Source: Octopus bimaculoides
Lineage: Eukaryota
DNA: 59,499 nt
Direction: 5' to 3'
Assembly: GCF_001194135.2 (NCBI RefSeq)
Contig: NC_068982.1
Span: 85,573,605-85,633,103 of the forward strand
Shown: piece after piece, positions 48,480 through 59,499 of the stretch
Layout: every line of letters begins with the position of its first letter
Position numbering within the stretch: position 1 is the stretch's first letter
Position numbers and translations under genes: made by a program
The notes under the pieces: generated by a model
What the model saw: the letters and a program-made list of their open reading frames with translations, nothing else
Told to the model about the DNA's origin: nothing
Databases searched by the model: none

Positions 48480-51400
48480 AAAGCAGCAGATACCGGTTAT
48501 AAGCCATTACTCAATTGGCGTAGAGTGCAGCTCCAGGGGATGCTTCTGACGGTGGGAGAGATCTTCGAGTCTCATTGGACAGCTACCGACCGCCTCAAGT
48601 TAGGCAGACCCCAGCCAGTAAGGTTTTGTTCCACCATGGCTTGCTTTCCTCATTGGGTGCATGGGGATTAAGAGAACATTCGACAAGCAGATTGTCAACT
48701 ACCGCACCAGGCAAAAACAGAAAAGCTATCAAAAAGAGACCAGCTCTAAAACTGGGATGTTGGAATATCCGGACAATGATGCTTGGCCTCTCCCAGGACC
48801 TTCAAGACATCAGTGTCGCCAGAAAAACAGCAGTCATCAACGAGGAGCTCAAGAGACTGAATGTCAATATCACTGCTCTGCAGGAAATACGTTTAGCCAA
48901 TGCAGGCACTGAGGGAGAGTGACTATACATTCCTCTGGAAAGGGAAGAGCTCTGATGAACCCAGAGAACATGGAGTAGGCTTTGCAATAAAGAACAGCTT
49001 GCTGAGGATAGTTGAACCAAGCATCGGCGGCTCTGAGTGACTCCTAACTCTCCACCTCAACACTACTGAAGGCCCTGTCACACTTGTCAGTGTGTATGCC
49101 CCGACAATATCCGCCACCCTGGATGCCAAGGACGAGTTCTACGAGAACCTTGCATCCACTATCAAGAGCATCCCCATTAGCGAACAACTTGTTCTCATGG
49201 GCTACCTCAATGCCAGACTGGGTGCTGACAACGACTCGTGGCCCTCTTGCCTTGGTCCATTTGGGGTGGGGAAATCGAACAAGAATGGACAGCAACTGCT
49301 TGAGCTCTGCACCTTTCATGGCCTATGCATCACCAACTCCTTCTTTAAGATCAAGTCCCAATGCAAAGTGTCTTGGAGACATCCACGCTCAAAGCATTGG
49401 CACCAACTGGACCTAATCCTGGTCAGGCGTGCCACCGTCAAGTGTGTTCTCCACACGTAGTCTTACCACAGCACAGACTGCGACACAGACCACTCCTTGG
49501 TGTGCTGCAAGATCAGGCTACAACCCAAAAAGTTCTACCATGCAAAGAAACCGGGGCACCGCACATCGATGTCAACAAGATGTCTCAACCCAACCTTGTA
49601 GAACAGTTTGCAAAGGCTTTTGAGAAGGAGTATGATACAACACATTCCAGAGATACTGCCACAGAGCGATGGGAAACTCTGCAAGACACAATCCATCGCA
49701 CAGTCTTGTCTATCTTTGGAAAGAAGACCTCAAAGTCACATGTCTGCTTCGAGGCCAAGTTGCTTGAGATGACCCCTGTAATTGAGGCCAAACGAGGTGC
49801 ACTTGCAGAATACAAGTGGTCACCCATTGAGAGGAACCTACAGATTCTAAGGGCTGCCAGGAGCAAGGTCCAGCACACCACTAGGCGCTGTGCCATTGGG
49901 TACTGGACAGAGCTTAGTGAGTCGATCCATATGGCTACAACTGGCAGCATCAGAGGGATGTACGGTGGCATTAAGAGGGTGCTGGGACCAACACATAGCA
50001 AGACAGCCCCACCTCAAATCCCTCACTGGGGAAGTATCACTGATCAAGGCCGACAAATGGACAGATGGGTGGAGCACTATTCTGAGCTCTATTCCAGAGA
50101 GAACACAGTAATTTCTTCAGCCCTTGATGCCATCGAGAGCATGCTGGTCATAGAAGAGCTCGATGTAGAGCCAACCATGTATGAGCTCAGCAAGGTCATT
50201 GACAGCCTAGCAGCAGGCAAAGCTCCAGGCAGTGACAGCATCCCACCAGATCTCATCAAGTGCTGCAAGAATACCCTACTGCATCCTGCCAGTGCTGGAG
50301 AGAGGGAGCTGTACCGCAAGACATGAGAGATGCAAATATTGTTACCCTGTACAAGAACAAGGGCAAAAGAAGCGACTGTAACAACTCCCTCCTCAACATC
50401 GTTGGCAAAGTCTTTGCCCGATTCCTTCTTACCCGTCTGCAGAAGTTGGCCAAGCATGGCTACCCAGAATCACTGTGCGGCTTCTGAGCTGAAAGGTCCA
50501 CTGTAGACATGATCTTCTCCCTTTGTCAACTCCAGGAGAAGTGCAGGGAGAAACAGATGCCCCTACATGTTGCATTCATCAACCTCACCAAGGCCTTTGA
50601 CCTCGTCAGCAGAGATGGCCTCTTCAAGGCTCTCCATAAGATTGGCTGCCCTCCAAGACTGCACAGCTTAATTGAGTCCTTTCACTCAAACATGAAGGGA
50701 ACTGTGCAGCTCAACAGCAACCTCTCTGAGCCCTTTGACATATGCAGCAGAGTCAAGCAAGGCTGTGTGCTTGCCCCAATGCTCTTTGGGTTCTTCTCTC
50801 TCCTTCTGAGACGCGCTTTCAGCACAGCACAAGAAGGAATCTATATGCAGACCAGATCAGATGGCAGGCTCTTCAATCTCACCTGCCTAAAAGTAAGGAC
50901 AAAGATCTGTGAAGCTGTCATCAGAGACATTCTATTTGCTGACGACGCTGCAGTTACGACCCACTCCCAACGGGAGCTGCAGCTGTTAATGGACCGCTTC
51001 TCCCAGGCCTGCAAAGACTTTGCGCTGACCATCAACCTGAAGACAAATGTCCTGGTGCAAGGCACATCAGCACAACCAGCTGTCACCATCAGTGTCTACG
51101 AACTTGAAGTAGTCCATCAATTCACCTACCTTGGATCTCGTATCACTGACAACCTCTCTCTCAATGCCGAGATTGGGAAGGCAGCCACTACGCTCGCATG
51201 CCTCACATCAAGAATGTGGACAAACCCAAAGTTGACAGTGAAAACAAAGATGGCTGGTGTACAACGTCTGTGTCCTCAGCACCCTGTTGTATGGCAGTGA
51301 GACATGGACCACATACATTCGTTAAGAAAAAAAGCTGAACAGCTTCCATCTCAAAAGCCTATAACACATAATCGGCATCTCCTGGCAGGACAAGGTAACC

Positions 51401-51915
51401 AACACCGAAATTCTGACTCGTGCTGGCCTCCCATCCATGTACATCTTGCTGAGACAACATCGACTATGCTGGTTAGGCCATGTTCACTGTATGGAGGATG
51501 GCTGAATCCCAAAAGATACTCTCTACAGAGAACTCGCAGCAGGACAGAGGAACAAGGGCCGCCCACAGCTGAGGTACAAGGACATGCGCAGGAGGGACAT
51601 GAAAGCACTCAACATCGACATCAACTCCCGGTAGGATCTGGCAGCGGACTGCATCAGGTGGGAAAGCACACTTCTCAAACAGCTATGGATTGGTGAAGAG
51701 AAGCTGTCAGCTGCAGAAAAGCGAACCCAACGTAAGGGATCAACAGCCGACAGACCAGAATCCACACACAAATGGGATCTATGCGACCAAGACTGTCATT
51801 CTCACATTGGTTTCCATATCCACAGGAGGCACTGCTCAAGCCGAGCAACTCAACCTAGGCAATAAATGGACGGGTGTGATATCCATGGTCAGCCATGACT
51901 GAAGGTGGCCTGAGA
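48480..51915 (+). pseudogene. Near full-length RTE (BovB-like) LINE with frameshifts
   Basis: LGCWNIRTM, ALQEIR, YAPT, MGYLNAR, WRHPRSKHWHQLD (APE); KAPGSDSIP, AFINLTKAFDLV, VKQGCVLAP, LFADDA (RT); C-terminal CDQDCHSHIG..HRRHC; typical 3' end at about 51913. Confidence 0.92.
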
Positions 51916-52066
51916 AGATATATATATGTGTATGAATATATATGTATGTATATATATATGTATATATATATATATATGCATATATATGTATATACCGGAG
52001 TAAGCACATAAAATGTGCAACAAGGTGGAAAAAAGAGTACTCAAATACCACAGGTAGAGTAATATG

Positions 52067-52172
52067 CTTTATTTAAAAGCAGCAGAAATATAACAAAAGA
52101 CTGTTACTTGGAGTTTCACGTGAAACTCCAAGTAACAGTCTTTTGTTATATTTCTGCTGCTTTTAAATAAAG
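52067..52172. repeat. Perfect 106-bp palindrome centred on CAC|GTG
   Basis: 52067-52119 is the exact reverse complement of 52120-52172; 14 bp from a gap. Confidence 0.95.
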
Positions 52173-52394
52173 TATATATGTATATANNNNNNNNNNNNNN
52201 NNNNNNNNNNNNNNNNNNNNNNNNNNNNNNNNNNNNNNNNNNNNNNNNNNNNNNNNNNNNCGAGCAACTCAACCTAGGCAATAAATGGACGGGTGTGATA
52301 TCCATGGTCAGCCATGACTGAAGGTGGCCTGAGAAGATATATATATGTGTATGAATATATATGTATGTATATATATATGTATATATTTCTCAAA

Positions 52395-52770
52395 TGACCT
52401 GAATTTTAAGCTTCAAGGTTCATCCAAGGCTAGAAACATGGAACATACGTTCCCTGCCCAATTCAGGATCACAACATAAGGGTACACTGTGACGCAATTT
52501 TTTTTCCTCAACAGGATCTGCCCTATTTAACATTGTCCCAAAACTGATCAAAGAGGAAAAGGATACCATCACCTTTAAACGGAAACTGGACAAATTTTTT
52601 CAAGCCTCCTATACCTGGATACAACTCACTCAACAAAAGCACCCTACTTGAATGCACCATGATACCACAAAACTTGACTTAAAAAGGATTTAGATAATCC
52701 GAACAGGCGGTGCTAATGAAGTTAGACATGGCCTGGACCAATCTTTGGTCAAAACATATCTAAGTTTATA
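52395..52770 (+). mobile_element. Probable CR1-type LINE 3' end
   Basis: LFNIVPKLIKEEKDTITFKRKLDKF resembles CR1 ORF2 C-termini. Confidence 0.5.
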
Positions 52771-52798
52771 TATGTGTATATGTATATGTATATAAATA

Positions 52799-52833
<35 letters not shown>

Positions 52834-52933
52834 NNNNNNNNNNNNNNNNNNNNNNNNNNNNNNNNNNNNNNNNNNNNNNNNNNNNNNNNNNNNNNNNNNN
52901 NNNNNNNNNNNNNNNNNNNNNNNNNNNNNNNNN

Positions 52934-53592
52934 AAGTTGAACCTAAGAAGCATCAGTTGTGGTGTGCAAGAGAGACGATTTCGTTGGTATGGTGATGTGG
53001 CGAGAATGGACGAGGATAGTTGTGTGAAAAAGTGCCACACCCTAGCAGTTGAGGGAACCAGTGGAAGAGGTAGGCCCAGGAAGACCTGGGATGAGGTGGT
53101 GAGGCAAGACCTTCGAACATTGGGCCTCACCGAGGCGATGACTTCTGACCGAGACCTTTGGAAATATGCTGTGCGCGAGAAGACCCGGCAAGCCAAGTGA
53201 GACCTAAATCCAAAGCCTCTGCCAGGGGAGTAGCCAGCCCACTTATGTGTTCTTTTCCTTCATTGGACACTAAACTCCGCTAGTGAAATCGAAATCGAAC
53301 TAAAATCGACGACTGGCACCCATGCCAACATCGTCTCCCTCATTGGACATGAAACTCTGCTTGCACAGACATGTTGGGGCAAGCGAAAGCGAAATCGTGA
53401 CGGCACCTGTGCCCATCGTCGCCTTTCTGGCACTTGTGCCCGTGGCATGTGTAACGACTTTCGCGTGAGATCATTGCCAGTGCCAAACCAGATTGGAGCC
53501 TGGTGTAGAGATCTGGTTTGACCAGTACTGCGGCAAATCGTCCAACCCATGCTAGCATAGAAAGCGGACGTTAAACAATGATGATGATGATA
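52934..53592 (+). mobile_element. RTE LINE 3' end with (GAT)n tail
   Basis: RRFRWYGDVARMDEDSCVKK...GRPRKTWDEVVRQDLRTLGLTEAM; shared 3' UTR. Confidence 0.88.
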
Positions 53593-54085
53593 TATATATG
53601 GATAAAACAATAGTGATAAAAGGAGTACTAATACTAAAAGGCAATCTTTATCTCCATCTTAACTTAGATGTTGTGTTAGAGCATGGAATACTGCATTATA
53701 CACCTTGAGAAGACCTCTTGTATTGACTTGTGGTGCATAAAAGCATCTGCATTTAGATCACTGATAGATAAGAACTGTCTGCCAGAAATGCCAGATCATG
53801 TATTTTGGCATGTTTTGGGCTCCTCAGTGACAGGCATCCAGTAGAGATGGAACAGCAGTATTTCCCATCAGAGATACATAGAATATTAGTATTTATTCAG
53901 GCACTGATGTCACCAACAGCCAGTGGATAGACTTTGTCAATAAAATTTAAGTTTACCCCAGTATAACATTTAACAACCATTATTTTAATAACTATGGTTT
54001 GCTATTACATTTTTAAAGAAAATTCTGTATTTCAAAATGTATTTTAGTGACACACAAAATACAAAAAACAATAATTCAAAGTTAC

Positions 54086-54163
54086 CTTTTGATTGGCTTC
54101 ATTTAACAGTTTCTCTGTGTGAGAACGACGTGCATTTGCTTCTTGAACCATATTGTTTGCTTC
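54086..54163 (-). CDS. RAB3IP: RAB3IP/RAB3IL1 (Rabin8/Sec2 Rab GEF)-like internal exon
   Basis: Minus strand ttacag|GAA...AAG|gtaact; 78 nt, phase 0-0; EANNMVQEANARRSHTEKLLNEANQK resembles human Rabin8 [26 protein letters not shown] (recalled). Confidence 0.8.
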
Positions 54164-54974
54164 CTGTAATATGAATTCAACATAAATTTATTACTAATAA
54201 TACATTTCATAATAATGATGATGTATATACATATATTTAATTGCATGAAAGGCATAGTAACAATTTATCAATTTTTGTAGTGCTAGCTATTTCAGACTTG
54301 TGAAATTACCTTGTAGAAATTAAAAATAAAATTATTAGCCACTTTCAACTTCATAATACAAATATATTTACACTATAAGTATATTTAGAGCATAACTACA
54401 ATTAAATAGAAATACATAATTAAGCAAGTAAAGGTGATAAATGAAAATAATATTTTTTCGTTAGAAGTTTACAAAGCAAATGTATTACAAATACTAGATA
54501 TGTAAAAATATTACTATTACTATTGAGTGAGAGAGCAGTGCATGCCAAAATAGCCATCATGACTACCGTCTGATAAGGGTATACTAAGTACATGCATCTC
54601 AACCATATGTGCATGATACAGTGATCTCATATCAAGATAAACAACACATGACATTGCAGGTGGGGTCCAGTTTGAATTTTCTTCAGGTCAGTTAACCCAC
54701 TCTGCTCAGAAGGTCCCCGAATAAGGTCTGGTTAAGGATGATGAACAAAGCACCCATGTTTCCAGAGGTAAATTATCAAAATCCCAAAGAATTCAATACA
54801 TTACTCCTACCCCATTACTCCTGCCCATGATCAGAGATACACATATTGTCAGCCACTAAGGGATATGTTCAACTGGCTTAAGGTCAAGCAGCTGACAAGC
54901 AAGTCTATGGCATTGAACAAAATATTTGTCGTAGCACATCTTTTGCACCAAGACAAAACATGTACATGATAACA

Positions 54975-56335
54975 TTGCCAATCATTTTAGATGAGAAGCC
55001 ATGAGAGCCACTGCCTGGAACTGCGTCTCATTGTTGTTGGAAACCAAGGACATCACATGTGAGATGATGGGGTATGGTGCATCCAGCTATGGCTGATCTG
55101 TCTGATGTATGCTTAGTTCACGTTTTCTTTGGACTTCTAGACTTTTGTCTTGTTCATGCAGCTTTGCCAGGCAGGGCAGTTTTGCTCATTCCAGGCGTTA
55201 GGAAGTGGAGGTTGATTTCAAAGTTCTTCAGTGAGGCTTTGAGTGTATCCTTGAAGCATTTTTTTCTGTTCACCTTGCATGCACTTGCCTTCTGCCAGTT
55301 CACTGTAAAACAATTTGTTGGGGAGTTGAGCGTCAAGCATTCCAACATGCGCAGGCGTTACTACAACTTCATCATCAATGTTCACAGATCTGGAGAGTGT
55401 GATGCCAAAATATGTGACATCAACACTTCTGTGGTAAAGCCTCCAATGGAAGCAAAGGTCCAGAAAGCAATTAAGCTTCTTTTGAATAGAAAGGCACCGG
55501 GCCCTGACTCCATCCCAGTTGAAATATACAAGTTAGGGTGACCAGTCTTGGCATAGAAGCTTGCCAATCTCTTTCGGTAACGGGAATTTTTCCTAAAGAG
55601 CTCAAGGACATTTCTATTGTCTATCTCTAGAAAGGGAAGTCCTGTGACAACTAGTAAGGAATTTCTCTCAATATTCTCTACAATATTCCTCCTTAACTGC
55701 CTCACTCAGCACACAGAAGACAAGCATCTGCCAGAGAATTAGTGTGGATTCAGAAAGGGCCATGGGACATAATCTTTACTGCATGCCAACTTCAGAAGTA
55801 CCAGGAACAAAATAGGAACTTATACACAATGTTTGTAGACTTAACCAAGGCCTTTAACACTGTAAGTTGTGAGAGGCTTTCTAATATCATGGAAAGGTTC
55901 AGCTGCTTGAACAAATTCATCAGCATGGTGTAACAGTTCCATTACAGTGTGCTTGCTTGAGTATTGGACAGTGATGATTTTTCCGATGCATTCCCAGTCA
56001 CTGACAGAGTTAAGCAGGGCTGTGTAGTTGCACCTATGCCTTTCAGCATTATATTCTCAAAAATGCTGTCAGATACCTTCTGCAATGACAATAAAACCAG
56101 CATCAAGATCAGATTCGGAACTGATGGCACACTCTTCAACCTGCAGAGGCAACAGTCCAAGACCAAGGTGGAAAAGGATTCAGTATGCAACTTTTTCAAG
56201 GCTTTCACAGAGACCTAGATGTAGTAGAGCATGAACTGCTTTTCCACTACCTGTAATAACTTTGGCCTCACAATCAGTACTCAGAAAACAGAAGTCATGC
56301 ACCAATTTACCCTGAAGAAGTCATATGTAGAACTA
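54975..56335. mobile_element. RTE LINE with an inverted 5' segment (54975-55400 on -, 55401-56335 on +)
   Basis: Minus: TLSRSVNIDDEV...KKCFKDTLKASLK; plus: KAPGPDSIP, FVDLTKAF, VKQGCVVAP, FGLTISTQKTEVMHQ...SYVE. Confidence 0.75.
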
Positions 56336-56559
56336 GGAGGTATCACTGTAAGAATGTTGTCAGCTCATCCCTCAAATCCAAGAATTGATTTCTCTCCCTG
56401 GACAAATATTTGGACCATTAATGCTGGTGGAGAATGTAGATAAAGAGGCCAATCTTCATGCAGAACATGTGATTGCATTGGCCACTGAAGAGGATTTGAT
56501 GAGGAAGTCATTATCATTCATCCTGGTGGTGTGGCCAACCCATTGAAGATGATGTTTGA

Positions 56560-57070
56560 TGATTAGAGATTTGATATCAATATTATTTGCTCCTTCCATC
56601 ACAGTTATTGGAGACACAAACTATTTGATGTTCAGTTGATGAAAGTACTTGTGTTTTTTGATGCCACAACAATACAAAGTCCAAGTTTCACAACCGTATA
56701 AGAGCTTGGATATGACAACTGCTTAAAAGACCATAATCTTTGTCTTCAAAGTTAGGTCTTTGATTTTAAATACATGTTCTGTTAGTTTACCAAAAGCTGA
56801 TCCAATTCTTTATTCCACATCTTGCTTGGCATTGCATTTGGTAGAGAGCACACTTCCAAGAAATGCAAAGGGATTAACTTGCTCCAATGGTATGCCCTAA
56901 ATGATGATGTAGAAGTCTAGAAGGGCAGAATTCAGAGCTACCTGGGAGAAGACTTGAGTTTTTGTATTATCTACAGTGAGCTCAAAATGTTGATATGCAT
57001 TAGTGAAATTATTGACAACTTATAGATCTAAGCATGAGTGCCACATTGTCATTGGCATACTGGTGTTCTG
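56560..57070 (-). mobile_element. Older RTE fragment of a different family
   Basis: Minus FAFLGSVLS...SAFGKL...KTKIMVF*AVVISKLLYGCETWT. Confidence 0.65.
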
Positions 57071-57189
57071 AGATTCCCTTAGTACTGGAGAGAATTCTTT
57101 GATGGAATCCTTGCCAAGTTTAAGAGTCCTCCATCAAAATGATATTTGATATCTATCCCTGACCAACTCAGAGGAAGTTCATTGACAAT

Positions 57190-58330
57190 TGCAGGTTATG
57201 GGGACACAATTTGCAACCCCATATGCTAACCTAGTCATGAGATACATGGAAAAAAAAGCTTTGTGAGAAGGTAGAGAGAGCTTTTAATCATGATTGCAAG
57301 AAATGTCATTAAAAAATGGAAATGCTTCCTCAATGACTGCTTCATCTTTTGGGACAAATCAAATGAAAACCTACAAATATTTAATAATATACTTAACACA
57401 CTTCCCCCATCCATCAAATTCACGACAGAAACCAGTTGCAATGAATTACCATTCATGGATATTCACATAAAAATACACAACTCCACAGTCACAACAGACA
57501 TATTTTACACAAAAATGGACAGACACCAGTATTTAAATTTCTACACTTGCTATCCCTCACACATCAAAAGGAACATCCCATACAACATGGCAAGACGTAT
57601 CTGTACTATAATTTGTCAAATCCAACTCAATAAGGTCAAAGGCTTCCTAACAAAACAGAAATACTCCTTAGAATTAATAAACAATGGAATTAAAAAGGCA
57701 ATGAAGCTGAGCATCACACAACTAAGGACACTAAAGGAAAAAAATTAATGAACACACAATTCCATTTATCAATACACACAATCCTGGGGTAGCCAACACT
57801 TTTCACACCATAAAATCAAACCTACCAATGAATGAAAAATCTCATTGATAAAAACCCCTTGCAAGACAGTAGATGCCAGCCAAAATATCTCAATAAACAC
57901 CTCACAAGAGCAAAATTCACATCAGTGAAAGAGTCAGAACTCTGTAAAAGAATGTGGAGATAGTTAACATAGAACATGCAACAACAACTTCAAATATTTA
58001 GAAAGTGGTTCCCACATAAAATTCATGAGTGGATTCTCATTCAAAGTAAATGCAGATATGAACTGCAAGACACAGAATTTCTTATACTGCATTACTTGCC
58101 TGACTGCAAGGAAAATTACATTGGTGAAACAAACAATTCTTTCTGCCAACATACAAGGATCCACAGATAACATATCTGACAAGAGGAATTGTGCATGATT
58201 CCACTGAGCAAGCATCTAGAAATATGTGGTGAAGGAAAGTTAAAAATCTTTCCCTTATTACAAATGTTCAAGAGATTACCCAAAGTTCTGAAAAACAATG
58301 GAACTACACTTCATCAAAAAATTCTCTCCA
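57190..58330 (+). mobile_element. Penelope-like element remnant (RT and GIY-YIG)
   Basis: MGTQFATPYANL, FLNDCFIFW, IKFT...LPFMD, HIKRNIPYNMARRIC; CKENYIGET (YIG motif). Confidence 0.85.
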
Positions 58331-59499
58331 AAACTGAATGTCTGAAAGAAAAGAAGAGGGACTACATTTTGTCAAAAGGATTGGAAAGAAGAACAGAAGC
58401 AATATGCATGAACACCCCTCCAACTGAAATAAAATATGAACATTATGTGGTTATCTCACACAGACACTGTGCCCAGCTAAGACAACTAGGGAGAAATAAT
58501 GCAAATGATTGCTCCACGGAACTCTATATTGCTGTCTAACAATATTAACATACCATGTAAGGTGACATCAATGTATGCTAGATGGTTTTGGTGTCTGTCA
58601 AGAAAGCTTCTTGATGGTCATTTTACCACTTTATTATTATTTCTAATAGTAATGATGAGGTATGAAGGGAAAATATTGATATTACACTGTTACTGTTGTT
58701 TCTGAATGTGGCTACAATGTTCATAACATGATACTCATCTCCATAAATGAGCAGATATATATAAATAACATAGGAATTTTGACAACTGTTCTTCTTATAG
58801 AATTTACATATACCCGAGAAAGAATACCAGAACCATTTTACCACTGATTAGGAAAGATATCTAATGTAGCTATTTGGCAAAGTAATTCATGAAAGAGATT
58901 TCTTTTGAATTATCTTATCCAAGCAAGCAAGAAAAAGAAAGAGAAATCCTACAAAAGGACAATATATACTCAAAAATATATTTAAGTAGGCCCTGCTTTG
59001 TTATACAATTTACATCCTACAGAGTGGCTTCCAGGTAAATGTACAATATACATTTTATTACACAACTCATCTCATATTTGATTAAATGTAAATAGAGAAT
59101 AGATGGAATCATAAACAGTACAGAACTCAAATTATTTCTTATATTCTGGTTTTATTTCCCTAATTTACGAACGTTGTACTAATATTTAATGTTTGTTCAT
59201 GCAAAACATGGAATTACACAGAATATGGGACTTGACTATACAAGTGTAAAGGAATATACATTTTCATAGGATTTTGAATATACATATATATATATATATA
59301 TATATTATTTTATTATATGTATTTATTTTCTCTAAGTTAATAATTAACTCTGACAAAATAAATTGGTTAATAGATACCAGGATAGCAAAGATCACAAAAT
59401 GACTGTGGTGTAACTCCTGTTTAGGAGGTAGAAACTCCTTGTTATTTTGGGTAATTGAGTAAATATACAAATTTAGTAAATGGAGTAAAACGCATATGT

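Noticed and set aside
51841-52385. About 125 bp (RTE 3' end plus microsatellite) repeated identically on both sides of gap 52187-52260
   Set aside because: An identical copy abutting a gap is typical of a haplotype or overlap assembly artefact

Overview
AT-rich, repeat-dense animal genomic DNA with 8 assembly gaps (2035-2411, 4347-4497, 5665-6571, 9548-10090, 21773-22100, 33043-33629, 52187-52260, 52834-52933). The SINE/RTE repeat families and microsatellite density suggest a coleoid cephalopod (Octopus-like); this is inference. Two host genes are visible. (1) The last seven coding exons of an ASK-family MAP3K (MAP3K5/15-like) lie on + at 3493-23233, covering the post-kinase helical region, coiled coil and SAM domain. 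They splice in frame with GT-AG sites. (2) A single 78-nt Sec2-domain exon of a RAB3IP/Rabin8-like gene lies on - at 54086-54163. Most of the rest is degenerate transposons: RTE and CR1 LINEs, tRNA-derived SINEs, Penelope-like elements, a Gypsy remnant, mariners (one nested in another), a Chapaev-like element, hAT, piggyBac and Helitrons. The most unusual structures are an inverted pair of type I hammerhead ribozyme motifs (5-416), a TSD-flanked LTR followed by two tandem tRNA-Trp PBS/LTR-end units (34970-35449), an RTE with a twin-priming-like 5' inversion (54975-56335), and several long fold-backs. All homology calls are by eye and from memory; no database searches were run, and most repeat boundaries are approximate.
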